A stretch of DNA of 64,000 nt from the human T2T-CHM13v2.0 reference genome, Homo sapiens: NCBI RefSeq assembly GCF_009914755.1, contig NC_060937.1; one strand, given 5' to 3'. Made by a program: the position numbers and the translations under genes. Within the stretch, counting starts at the first letter, position 1, and each line of letters starts with the position of its first letter. Positions 1-13,590 of the stretch are shown piece by piece. Under the pieces are notes generated by a model that was not told where the DNA came from, did no database searches, and was given only the letters and a program-made list of their open reading frames with translations.

Positions 1-48
1 AGACTCCCAAAGTGCTTGGATTACAGGCGTGAGCCACCACACCTGGGC
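1..48 (-). mobile_element. Alu 5' end, cut by the window edge
   Basis: ctcccaaagtgc..gattacaggcgtgagccaccacacctggg is the reverse complement of the Alu start. Confidence 0.85.
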
Positions 49-414
49 TAAATATTTATAGAACAGTTTTTAAAGTTATCTTTAAAAGTTTACTTTTAAT
101 TTAGTTATATTGTGTCAGAGAATATTATCTGTTTGAAATAGATTCATTAGATTGGTCAAGTTTTGCTATGCATAGTTAATTTTGTAAATATTCCACATAC
201 GCTTGAAAACAATATATGTTTTCTAAGTCTGGTATGCAGGGTTATAGTAAGTACAGCAAATTTAACATTTTAATTTGGGGCTTCACATTTCCTCCATTGT
301 AACACATTTTGCATCTGCAGGTCTGCAGGCAGAGATAACCTGGAAAGGTACATTAGACAAGGCACCTGGTACTCTTTTTGCCTGTTGCAAAATTGTTCAC
401 AATTTTTTTTCTGA

Positions 415-744
<330 letters not shown>

Positions 745-1285
745 CAAATACTTCAGATTTATATCACCACATACAAGAATTGTGCACTTTCATGAACTAT
801 TGGAACAGGTCTGTAAGTAGCAAAAAACCAAAAAGAACGAAAAGAATATCAGCAGTGATATTCAGTGGGGATGGTGAAATGTTTCCTTTCAGATTGTGTG
901 TCCTAAGAACTGGGAAAGCTTGTTTGTGTGTGGGTGGCTGTGGGGGGTGGGCTGAAGCAGTAGCTAGTGGTTTAGGGCAGTTCATTTACTTTTGTTCAAT
1001 CAATAATTTGAATGGGTGATCTTCAGGGAATTTAAGTAAACTGTTATGAGTTGTGGCCCCTCAAGTAAATTAGTCCCAGAACCAGACCCTTGTGACCTCA
1101 GTACCAGTAGGAGAGAACAGCCTGGGATTTTCAGCAGAGGCAACCTTTGAACATTTGACCACGGTGCCAAAAATCTGCAAGCAGTTGTTTACAGAATTCT
1201 TAGGACCAGCCTGGAGTCCTTTCATTCCACCTTGCATGATAAGATCGGTAAAGGAAGTCTCACTTTCTGTATTCCTTAGGAGTCA

Positions 1286-1576
<291 letters not shown>

Positions 1577-3194
1577 TAGGAGTCAATAAGTTTTTTTAAC
1601 TTAGATTTTTAGAATCCCAGAAGGAAATATCTGCTGCCACAGCACTTTAAAAATACATGATCGGCCGTCTCAAAAAAAAAATGTATATATATATGATCAA
1701 TGTCCAGGTAGGATGTAGGTGATACCAGCTTAGAGAGAAATTGGCTAGTCTTGTTAGACATAAAGTCTTAGGATTTACACACATTTCGTATTTTCTCTGA
1801 GCTTAGAACAGGTTCTTGGACAGAGCAGGAACTCAGCAGGTGTAGAAAATAATCGACTTCTTTTCAGTATTTGACATGATAGCGCCTTCCTTTGTTGTCT
1901 TTGGTCACATGCTTTCCTGGTCACTTTTCTACTTCCTTTTTCTTCTCTATTACCGTATCTGGATATTCTTTCTCTTCCTGCAACTTAGTGCTAGAGTTCC
2001 CTAAAGCTTTGGTCTTCAATCTTCTCTCCAAGACCTTATGCCTCTTGTGTCTCAAATATGTTCTTTATCCCTTTGACTCAGTTGAGCACTAGCCCTTATT
2101 TCCCCGGTTCCCTAATATTCAGTTCCTCTTAGATGTCCTAGTGACCCTCAAATTCCAGTATGTTCTAGACTAAGCCCATTTTCTTCTTTTCCAAATTAGT
2201 ATATCTTCGATCCTTGTTTCTGTTCATGCTCCTACTGTTTTTCTCCAGCACCCCAGGTCAGAATCTCAGAAATTATCTTTGACCCCTTTCCTCCATTCAT
2301 TTTTACATAAATCAATCATTAACTACTAGTTCAGTATCTCATTGCCTCGTGCTTGGAATTCTGTGCCCTCCTTCCACTGTTTTCCTGGTTTACCTGTACG
2401 TTTTATTCCAGAGGAAATGAGAAAAGGCTGCACTGTGTAGAGGGGAGATCACAGAATTTGATCTAAAGCCTGACCCACCCGGTTTCAAACCTGAACACAG
2501 AGGCACTCACTAGCCAGGCAACTTATAATGAATTATTTAAATTCTCTGAATGTCAGTTTTTGTGTCTGAAAAGTGGGAGGTCTTAGTACTTATGTTACAA
2601 GATGGTTGTGAATATAAATAAAATAATCGTCTTAGTGCCAACACAGTCCCTTATATATATTAGCCAAGAAATATTTGTTGACTTGTTGAATTAAGTTTTG
2701 TGGCATGCTGTGTCATCATGCAAATTGAAATATGGGTTAAGAAGCAAAGTGTCAAAAGAGCTAGTATTTGAGTAAAGTAAGTGGATTTTTTAGTATTTTT
2801 GGCAAAGAGTAAAATTTTTGGCAAAACTTTACTCTGTGTAAAAATGTTAGAACACTAAAGAAGAATCTAGTTATTAGTAGTTGTCAAGTTATACAATAGA
2901 AGCTCTCTGAAGATTCATTTCCTTGGAGGGATGAGTAGGAAAAAAGGATGTACGTACACTAATATCCATGCATGTTCCACATTCAAACATTTCTAGAAAT
3001 AAATGGAGAGGAACGCGTCTTCAAGTGGTAAATGGCAATATGCAGGCATCTTAATTTTTATTATGAATATTTTTATTACCTTAATGTCCCTAGGTAAAAA
3101 TTGATCTCAGTAGACTGTGCTCACCTAAGTCAGTATCAGTATCCCTTTCCTTTTTTAAGGGGGAAAGATGTTAAAGTAAAAAATATATATTTTT

Positions 3195-3395
3195 GGCCAG
3201 GCGCCGTGGCTCATGCCTGTAATCCCAGCACTTTGGGAGTTGAGGCAGGCGGATCACGAGGTCAGGAGTTTGAGACCAGCCTGACCAACATGGTAAAACC
3301 CCATCTCTACTAAAAATACAAAAATTAGCTGGGCGTGGTGGTGTGCACCTGTAATCCCAGCTACTCAGGAGGTTGAGGCAGGAGAATCGCTTGAA
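3195..3395 (+). mobile_element. AluS, 3'-truncated (no A tail)
   Basis: ggccaggcgccgtggctc... ends abruptly at ggagaatcgcttgaa. Confidence 0.9.
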
Positions 3396-5509
3396 AATGT
3401 ATGTTTTCTAGGCTTTGGTAGGTGGTATGGAAGAGAAGCAAAGTAGGAATACCTTCCTGATAGTAGGAAACTAGGGTTGATTTCACCTGGCACATAGCTC
3501 CAAAAAGTGGGAGAATTATCTCCACTGCCCGTGTATCTTTCCTAGTCATTTAGTGATAATTTCCTGTGTGCCAGGAGCAATGATCTGCACAATGGTATTT
3601 TTCAAGACCCAGAGCTTAGGCCGCTACAAGTCTTAATACTTAAAAGCCCACATCTACATTGTTGCCTCTAAAAGTGTTTGCAAAATTAATATTTTGGCTG
3701 GTATTACATATTGAGTTCTCTTTGAACATCCACAGTTCACTTATTTTGAAAGCTCAATTGATTTTGAGCATTCAATTCCATTTTAAAATAGAGGAAATTT
3801 AAAGCAGTGGTTTTTAGAGCACAAAATAGGCCTTGATCTTTTGGAATTGAAGAACTCTTAGAAGAAAGGAGAGAAAATAATTAAGATAGAGCTAGTTATC
3901 AAAACTGCCCTTTGAAATCTAAGTGTAGACATTGGTAGCTTACATTGGTTGCTGACCGTTGGGGGGAATATATATATATGAATATTTTAAGCAGTGGTTT
4001 ATTTATACTCACGAGGAGATAGGCTATTATTGTGGGAAACCAGTTCAGTTGCAAGAGGTCAAATATGGTGCAGGTATGCATAGGAAAATGCACTGTGAAA
4101 TAAATGACTGTTGCAGGAATTTGCCTGAATTCAGACTTGCTTTAGACACTCTGTTTTTGTTTTCTTGCTCTTCTCGCAGTTCTCTTTTCTAAAGTTAATC
4201 TTTTACCTTCTCAACACATGGCTTTTATGTGTTTGGAGTGTGAAATTGATTGGTGTAGCTTTCAAGACTTGTTTCAGATTCAATTCAAATGATGATTCTG
4301 TTTTTCTAGTCTGAAAACATTTTAAGTCTTCAAATGATTGCCACAGTCAGGTTGTAGTTAGCATAACTGCTTTCAAAGTTAGATTTAAACTTAGGCTCCC
4401 AGATTTAATATACATTATGTAATTAAGCACCTATAATATAAATATATAAGATAATAATAAATCTCTGTCCTAAAAATTAATGTCAAATGTTATTTTTTAG
4501 CTTTACATAAGTGTAAAGATAGTCTCTATTTGATTTTAGCTTTATAGCATAAAATTACAGTTGACCAGACTGTCACCAGGCAACTGAAAGCAAAGCTTTT
4601 GTTGTTGTTGTTGCTCATTGTCTTAGACGTGTAATTAATGATGGTGGAATGTAGGGGAAGGGCAGGCAATGAAGGGGAAGCACTCAGTCATTAGGGGGAA
4701 CCAGGGTGAGACATTTTGCCATGGTGGATTTTTCAGAATGGAACAAGCAGGAAAAAGGAAATGGTTCTCTATGGATATTGTTCACTGCTGTGTGCATATA
4801 AAGACAACAGTCAGGTGTCATATGCAAAACAGCAAAAAGTTACTCTAACTTTGATGAGAAGCAAACAGGGTATTCATAAAAGAGCATAAAAACAAAATTA
4901 GGTGAGGTATCCTGTGAAAAGGAAACTTACTAGGCTAAAGTAAAATAATTGCTGTTTACTGTAGGTCGAGTGCCAAGCACAGACAGTAATATTCAAATCA
5001 ACAATGACTGGATCCTTGCTAGCTCCTTTCCCTTGCTGAGACTCAGTATTGGATAAGCCCAGAGTATCCACGCTGTAAAACCTGCCCAGCTTTCTCTGTC
5101 ACTCTTTAGATTCAGGCCTGTGTCATTTCCTTAATAGTTTTGTGATGGTTAATGACTTTACATCATTATTTCCATTACTATTTGAAAACAAGTAGTAAAC
5201 AGAGATTGTAACCCCTGGATATTCATGCTTTTCCAGTGAAATGGCAGGATCCTGGAATTAGGAAGGATGAGAGAGAAAATGTCATTTATAGGATTATATG
5301 TTGTAGTCTTGGTTATCCAGATTGGAATTAGGTACATGGTTTGTTTGGGCCTGAAATTTTATAGCCCAGCCTGATTCACCCTGGCATGTCTGAGCTATCT
5401 CTTTATTTTTAATTGGTATATGTTTTCAGTGAGGGAAACATTAAACCATATTTTAAAGGTGGCTAAAATTTTAGCAATTAGGATGTACAATAAGTAAAAT
5501 TAATAAATA

Positions 5510-5910
5510 GAGTCATACACCACATAATGACATTTTGGTCAACAATGGACCACATATGTGACAGTGGTATAAGATTATAATGGAGTTGAAAAATGTCTAT
5601 GGCGTAGTGACATAGGCGTTGTAGCCACATCTTAACATCTGAGCATAACACATTACCCTTTCTATGTTTAGATGTGTTTAGATACAAAAATACTTATCAT
5701 TGTGTCACAGTTGCCTACAGTATTCAGTACAGTAACGTGTTGTACAGGTTTGTAGCCTAGGAGCAATGGGCTATATCATATAGCCTAGCCATGGAGTAGG
5801 CTAGACACCTAGGTTTGTGTAAGTACTTTCTGTGATATTCAAACAATAACACAATGGCATGATGAAGCATTTTAAAGAAGGTATCGTTGTCATTAAGCAA
5901 CACGTGGCTG
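5510..5910. mobile_element. Tigger3/MER7-type non-autonomous TcMar DNA transposon
   Basis: Degenerate TIRs (gagtcatacaccacataatgac ... gtcattaagcaacacgtggctg) flanked by TA; interior matches recalled Tigger3 consensus. Confidence 0.8.
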
Positions 5911-8705
5911 TAAAATCGAGCTGAGCACACCTATGCTCTCTATGGTCACCTCCTCGCTGCTTTGTTACATTAGTGGCTGGGTGAGGTTTAATCTTTATAT
6001 ATGGATGTGGTGTTGGGCTAAGCATTTTCACATCTATAATGTCGTGTTAGGTAGGTCTTATTGTCTCTGTTTTAAAGCTGAGAAAACCAGAGAGATTAAA
6101 TGATTTACCTGATTTGTGGCAAATCATCTCTATGGTATTTGAACCCAGGTCTTAAAATTTCACAACAGGTGGCCTTTCTCTCTTTATCTCTTACTTAAAA
6201 ATTGGCTTAGTCTGGGAGGGGCAGTCTCTTGACAATCTGAAAGGTTTTTACAATTGGTGACTTTTCTGCCACACCAAGCAGCCAATTGAGTGAGTAAATT
6301 TGTTATATAAATTTTTCTATAAATTATTTTCTAAGTGAAAATAATTTTCTGTATTCTGTTAAGTGAATCCATTCACTGAAAATACAGAGGTATATTCCAG
6401 TAGAATTTAAAAATGTGGGTATTATGCTCTGTTAATAAAATCACCTGTAAGAACATAGCATGTCTTTATAATCACATATCTTAAGGAAAATAACCTTTTG
6501 ATAAACCAATAATAAATAATATCAGATACTAAGATTGAGACTCAAACTATGGACATCAATAAGTGCCATAGTCAAAATACATCAAAATAATACTCTAAAA
6601 GTAAAACCAGAAAAAGTGATTTGGTTTGTAAATTCCTTAATTTAGGAGTTAAGTGAGGGATAGTGGTACTTGAAGCCAAGATAAATGTATCCTGCAAATT
6701 TAGGCTGCCAAGAATGTTTAGATTATATTGAGCTGCCTTATTTCATCTTGAAATGATGAAATAGACAAATGAATCCAGCAGGAAGTCATTTAACTGAAAA
6801 AGATGGAAGATGAAGCATTCACAATAATATGGATCTGGTAAAAGCCCACTGCCTTCCCTCTCTTTCTCTTTCCTCCCCACCCTGATCTTCAACCCAGACT
6901 CTGCAGGGACAGTGACAAAGAGACAGGTTTGGGGTAGGGGTGGGGGTGTAGACTTGGCTCTGGTGATGTAGCTTGTCAGATACAATATGGCCTTATTTTC
7001 AAACGTTCTTTCAGCACAGAGCCAGTTTATAGCACCAAGGCTGCAGAAGACCAGGGGTGTAGGATAGTGGATTGTGGCCTGAGGCACTTACTTGCTTGAG
7101 AAAAATTGCTGCCAGAAGAGTGGTTTCAAAAAGCTGAGGCTGCTGCTGTGGTTGCTAGTGGGTAGAGGATTAAAGGGAATGCAGCTTTTCCTCTCCTGTC
7201 TAAATATTTGCTGGAGAGCAAATGGGCTTTTGTGTGCCTGTGTATTTCCTTTTTCTATTGGGGAAATTACAAGTAATACAGGAACATCCTGTGATAAAAT
7301 ATATGAAGTAGAGGCTGAGGGAGCAGAGAGATGAAGTCGAAGAAATGTGCCCCAGGTCTGTGGCCTGCTGTACGGTGACTAAATTCTTAGCATGGTGAAT
7401 TGGTAAGTCTACAGATGATTAACTACAGTGTAAACAAGACATATATGGAACATAAATATGAGATAGGCCATTCCATCAGCAGCTTTTAGTGTAAAAAGCA
7501 TCCGTTCCCCTCAAAGAGACCATGAATGTTTTCACAAGCTTAAATTTTATTTTATTTTAAGTAAGTACCCACTCTGGAAGATTTCCAATGAGAATAAACC
7601 CATGTAATCTCAAATACTCACGCATCTGAATGAGCAGAACTTTCTTTGTGTTTCTCAAAGTAGTATGATACATGACTCTCCCAGTTCCATATCTGCTAAT
7701 CTGGTTAGATCCCTGCACCAACTAGTGAGACGGATAACTTAGAGTGTAACTCTGAGTTTCCAGGCAAAGAAATGTAGGAAAGATCTTAACTTGTATTTGT
7801 TAACTCTGCTAAAAATAGGAATGTAGAACTTTCTTGAAAATACTAATCTTTGTTCTCATTATCCCTCTTCAAAAGGAGGTTTACGTATGGCTCCAAATAA
7901 ATAGACTTGCCTTATTAACATTTTTATTTGCCGATCCTCACTTTATAAAATTGCATATTAACAAATATTTTATAACCACAAGTTACATTTCAAATTATTT
8001 ACTTGCCACCTTTTAATAAACTGAGTTCTCTTTTCTGAAGGAGCCTTTTTTGGAGCTGGAAAAAAGCCCTCACAGCAGGGTAACAGGAAGACCCCCTCCT
8101 CCAGCCAAAAGAGTCCCACTGAGCCCCTGCTGGTGAGAGAGAGCCTAGGGAGGGATGTGAGAGGCAGAAACACAGGCTGCTGGCCCTAGCTCCTCCCTTC
8201 CACCGTCCCCAGAGACCAGGAGAGAGTGCCAGTGCGGGCCCATTGCCCTTATTCTCTTGGTCCAATCCTGCTAACTAGGGAAAGTGAAGAGCTGGTTGGT
8301 CTTTTGCAAGCCAGGAACCTACCAGGAGGGCACTCAATCTCCTCCCTTCTTCTGCTGGACCCTCTTAAAGAAAAATCTGCCTCTTTCTGGAAATAGCTTT
8401 TTCCATGGGTCTGTACAATGGAGAGAAGATATGACTGTATCTCTTCTTGCTAAAACATAGTTACATGGGTAATTGAGTGCCCTGGAGCAGCAGAGATATC
8501 AAGGTGTTGACAAGGCCGTGCCCAGATTAGAAAGGTTCTTTCCACAGCACAGCACCTGCTTTTTCTGAGCTCATCAGGTAGAGCTGCCCTTCAGTTAACC
8601 AGATTTCTGCTCCCTCATATGGAGGAGAGTCAAACTTCTAATTGAAGAATGACATACATTCAGAAAAGTGCACAGATCATAAGTATACATCTCAAAGAAT
8701 TTTCA

Positions 8706-8958
8706 TGTTCTCACTCATAGGTGGGAATTGAACAATGAGAACACTTGGACACAGGAAGGGGAACATCACACACCGGGGCCTGTCGTGGGGTGGGGGGAGG
8801 GGGGAGGGATAGCATTAGGAGATATACCTAATGTAAATGACAAGTTAATGGGTGCAGTACACCAACATGGCGCATGTATACATATATAACAAACCTGCAC
8901 GTTGTGCACATGTACCCTAGAACTTAAAGTATAATTAAAAAAATAAAAAATAAAAAAA
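8706..8958 (+). mobile_element. 5'-truncated L1PA 3' end inserted into an older antisense L1M fragment (~8635-9005)
   Basis: L1PA 3'UTR (gttctcactcataggtgggaattgaac...G-rich tract...cacatgtaccctagaacttaaagtataat + A tail); 12-bp TSD aaagaattttca at 8694-8705 and 8959-8970. Confidence 0.92.
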
Positions 8959-10281
8959 AAAGAATTTTCACAAATAGGAGCACTCGTAACACATATCCAG
9001 GTCACATTTATCATTTTATAATGATGTTTCTTTCCTGATGATAAAAGCACTTGTAGAAAGTTTGGAAAATACATCAAAGTATAATAATGGAAATAAAAAC
9101 CATCCATTGTACCTATACCCGAAGAGGAGTACCGATAGTATTTTGGTGTATTTCCATTCTGTCTGTCTCTCCCCCTCACATACACAGACACATGCATGTC
9201 TATAAATACACCCACACAGGAACACAGGTTCTGAAACTTTATGCATGTGTGTGCAAACACACAGCAGTTTTATTAAATAGTTACACTGAATGACATACAG
9301 ATTTTTAGATATTTCACTCTGTGGTAGTTGGCTTCAACACCAGAAGGGCAGAGAAAGAAAGGGAAACTGAAACCCATCTGTCTTTTTGCTTGGTAGCAGG
9401 AAAAAGGGGCTTTTTGTGGGGGAGGAGATTGAAATAAATGGCTGACATATAAATAAGGATGGTTCGTAGATTTTATTTATCTAGTATTTTCCATCTCCAT
9501 GAAAACTAAGCATTGATGATAGAAAGTTCAGAAACTTCTGGGTAGAGACCCTCTTCTTGTAGAGCAGAGATGAGACATCAACTTAGACTTTTTTGGCTGC
9601 TCTGTGGAACTAAACCCCTCTGGGCTGCAGTTCCACTTTGCCAGAAGACCAACTTTCCTTTCTTTCTCTTTTAGTTAGCTCTCTTGCAGATACCAAAACA
9701 GACTTAAACTGTAGCAACCCTTGTTTTAACAAAAGGAAGCTGAGTCAAAATGTTGGAAATGAGCCCGGTGGTTTTGTGAGTTGCAGCAAAATTATCTTCC
9801 CCATCCCTACTGCAATGGATGAAATGATGCCTGTGTGGTGCTGGTTGCTTTGGTCCAGCTGAGTTTCCTGCACACATTGTCAGGGGAGGGCAGTTGGCAC
9901 CAGCTTCCCGTTGCTATTGGTTGTGCAGGATGTGCTCTCCATCTGCCTCCTGGCTGGCCGAGGGCTCAGCTTCTAAGTGGCGGTGGCGGGGTGGCGGGGG
10001 GACTTTGATGGCATTCCTTGTGTTGAAGAAAGTTGTCTCTTTCAGAACTGCCCATACCCTTATTTTTTATTTTTTATTTTTTTTTAAAAAAAAGAAAAAC
10101 ATATTTTGTTTTCTTACATACTTGTCATTTGAGTTGTCACACAGAAAATATATTGGACTTCTTGTATTTGTAAAATGTCTTCTCAGATCACTCCTTTTTC
10201 CTTTCTTGTTAAAAACAGGTTCACAGACAGTATGAAGTGGCCTTTCTGTTTACATGTGTTCTTGTTGTATTGTCTTTGCAG

Positions 10282-10408
10282 TCGAAATCAGCTGTCCGCC
10301 CTGCCTGCCTGCCTGTGTGGTCTGCCTCTCAAAGTCTTAATCGCAAGTAACAACAAACTTGGATCATTACCAGAAGAGATAGGTCAGCTCAAACAGTTAA
10401 TGGAGCTG
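10282..10408 (+). CDS. LRCH1: LRCH1 exon ~3 (127 nt, phase 2 to 0), LRR
   Basis: tctttgcag|T CGA AAT...GAG CTG|gtatgt; encodes RNQLSALPACLCGLPLKVLIASNNKLGSLPEEIGQLKQLMEL. Confidence 0.96.
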
Positions 10409-12254
10409 GTATGTTACCGATTTTTAAGATGCTCTTTTTTGTTGGTTGACTGATCATAGCCTCTCAAGGTATTCAGAAAACCTTTTTGCTACGGTTGGAC
10501 AAGGTAGAGCCTCTGTTGTTTGAGGGCAGGTATATGATAAAGACATTAAATGGGGAGAGGAACAGCTTTGAAACTTCACTGTGACAGACACACTTCCTGG
10601 AATTTAAAGGCTTCCTGTAATTTACAGCTCCTGAAGTTTGCAGGATTTGCCGTTTTTGAAGTTTATGGGCTATCATGTTGTAGTTAGTATTTTCAGATTG
10701 CATATAAATTTGTAAAAAATTATGGCTAAACTGCCAAAATAATCTCCAAATAAGTTAGTAGGCCACACTTCATGAAGGTATAAAATTAAGTCAGAAGACA
10801 GAAAGAATGGGGTGCTCTGATTCTGTCGAGATTTTAGAAATCATTGTCGCAAATCATTGTAATTTTAAAATGTGACCGTGTCCCTAGGGATAGAAAAGGA
10901 GAACAAGCTATAGATGAGCAGAGATGGATTACAAATGTGTGTGAAGCTGAGATGCACTGTTATATTTCAGCTCTTTCACTACTAATTTAATTATTTACCT
11001 TTTTTCTAAATTGGGAAAGAATGAATGCTTTCTAAACTTCCATTGAGCTAACATAGGTGAAGGAAGAAGCAGGAGTTAGCAGTCAGGCTGAAAGGTGATA
11101 GTCTTCATTTATCATCTAAGCATTGGCTTATTCCATCCTGATCTTGTGTCAGGCACAGGGCTTGATGTGATTAAATGATGAAAAGGGCACAGTACCTGTC
11201 TTTCAGTAGATTCCAGTCTAGAACAATGATGGCCAATAAGTTTTGTCTTTTGTGCCAACTCCTCTGGGGCCACCCGGAACACCACGGTGCTGGCCTGTGA
11301 GGCCCAGATAGAGAATGCTGTGATTGCTTAGTCATGTCTGTAGTGGGATTGGGCTAGGAGAGTGATGGCACCCATGTCACATACGTATCAACTTTGACTT
11401 TAATATAGAAATTAATAATTGCTGTAGAAAGACGTTAGAGCTATAGAAAGTGTCTTTTTCATGGATTATTTGATAGCATTGTCCAAAACTCATTCCAGCT
11501 AGCTCACACCAAAAGTCAGCGTTGGTTAGAGGATACAGGGGTCCATCAGATCACTTACGATGAAGACATTTGGTCACAGGTCATGAGTGACTAGGACAAG
11601 ACACTGGAATGTTGTGAAGGACCATGGCAGCGGTTCATTTTTCTGCTCAGCTTTTCCTCTTCCATACAACGGCAGAGGTTGCCCAAGTTTAAATGTTCTC
11701 CCAGGTAAAGCACCTAGCAAGAGACCTACTAGCATCTCTCAGCCCTGGGTTCTAAGTGAGAGGCAGATCTGGTCTGATGTTCTCGCCGACTGAGTCTGCT
11801 GTGCCCAAGGCACATGGTCACACTGCTCAGATGTGGCTGTTGGGCTGCCACCAAAGGGGGTAATTCTGAAAGAAGACAGATATTAATTTGAGCAGACACT
11901 GCCCATCCCCCCCCCCCAACCCTGTCCCCAAAAGTTTCTATTACAAGAAGCATGTGCACGAGGCAGGGAATGATTAATTAATTCAGTCTTCGGGTTGTGA
12001 GAGGTTTGGAAAAGAAGAGCCCTTTGAGAGGCCCCTTAAATAAGCCCATGTGGGATTTCCTAGGAGGAAAAAAGAAGTCAGGGACAGGGACAGGGAAAGC
12101 ATTCAAGGAGAAGGGACAGCTTGTGCAAAGGCAATACATCCTAGAAGTCCATGTCGTGCTTGGGAGTAGGAAGCCGTTTAATCCTGCTGAAGTCTAGGTA
12201 GATAGAATGGGGCTGGGCACACCCTCCTCATGCCCACTGCCTTAGATTTAGGCC

Positions 12255-12712
12255 ACAGGCAACTCCTTCACAGGGCATTCGAGGCCTTCTGTGGTCAGGC
12301 CCCTGCTCACCTCTTCGGGTTCATCTCTTGCCACTGGCACCTTCACTCTCCAAGTTCCTACCTTCTGGGAATGCACCTTGTTCATTTTCATTTCTGGACT
12401 TGTGCACACATCACTCTTTCGTCATGGGCTGTTTCTTCCTCCCTGCTCCTTTCTTGGTTAGTTCTTAGCCAAGTTAGATCTCACTTTGTCCAAAAAGCCT
12501 TCCCAGATCCTCCAAGCCTGAGTTAGGTGCTCCTAAGGCAAGCACTCCATACTTATTACTCAATTTTCATAGCATCACAGTTGTTTTCTTACTTGGCTTT
12601 CTCTGTGCCAGCTCCCCCCACACCCTGATAGCTGCTTACTTGCTGTTGCATCCCAGGTGCCTGGCACCTGATAGGCACCCAGCAGATGTTTGCTGAATGT
12701 TACTGTTGAATG
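12255..12712 (+). mobile_element. L2 3' fragment
   Basis: Typical L2 end: gtgcctggcacctgataggcacccagcagatgtttgctgaatg. Confidence 0.65.
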
Positions 12713-13014
12713 GTGGAAGGTGAACCTGGAAAGATGGCTGGGGCAGATTGTGAAGACCCTCAGGTGCTGCGCCTGAATGGGGCTGAGGGGGCAGGAAGAC
12801 TCAATCTTGCTGTCCACATAACTCAGAAGGTGCCATTTTAACTGGTTCTAGGAAACAAAAAATTTCCTAGATGAAAGCTTTGGATGAAAGTGACGGTCAT
12901 ATGCTGCTGCTTTTTCTTTTAATGCTTCTTTTAGGTATCTGATAGCCACAAAATCCATGGTTGCTAAAATTTGGTTTAGGATTTGCAAATACAATATGAA
13001 TAACAACTAAAAAA

Positions 13015-13590
13015 ACCAGACTTTATTTTTAAGAGCAGTTTTAGGTTCACAGCAAAATTGAGAGGAAGGTACAAAGATATCCCACATACCCTCTACTCCC
13101 ACACATGCACAATCTCTCTGTCATCAACGTTCCCCACCAGAGTGGTTCATTTGTTACAATCTGTGAACCTATCCGGACACATCAATGTCACCCAAAGTCC
13201 ACAGTTTACATTAGTGTGTTCACTCTTGGTGTTGTACATTCTATCGGTTTGGGTAAATGTATAATGACATGTGTCTCTTTCACTACCCTACAAATCCTCT
13301 GTGTCATCCCTCCCTCCTCCTCAACCCTGGCAACCACTGATCTTTACTGTCTCCATAGTTTTGCCTTTTCCAGAATGTCATGTAGTTGGAACCATACAGT
13401 ATGTAGCCTTTTCAGGTTGGTTTCTTTCACTTAGTAATATGCATTTAAGTTTCCTCCATGTTTTTCTATGGCTTGACGGCTCATTTTTTTTAGTGCTGAA
13501 TAATATTCCACTGCCTGCACAGTTTATCTCCTCACCTCCTGAGGGACATCTTGGTGGCTTGCAAGTTTTGCCAATTATGAATAAAGCTGA
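13015..13590 (-). mobile_element. L1MC-type 3' end
   Basis: agactttatttttaagagcagttttaggttcacagcaaaattgag...ttttgccaattatgaataaagctg matches recalled old L1 3'UTR. Confidence 0.8.

Noticed and set aside
8766-9260. 164-aa minus-strand ORF
   Set aside because: Runs through L1 3'UTR and low-complexity sequence; a typical spurious ORF.
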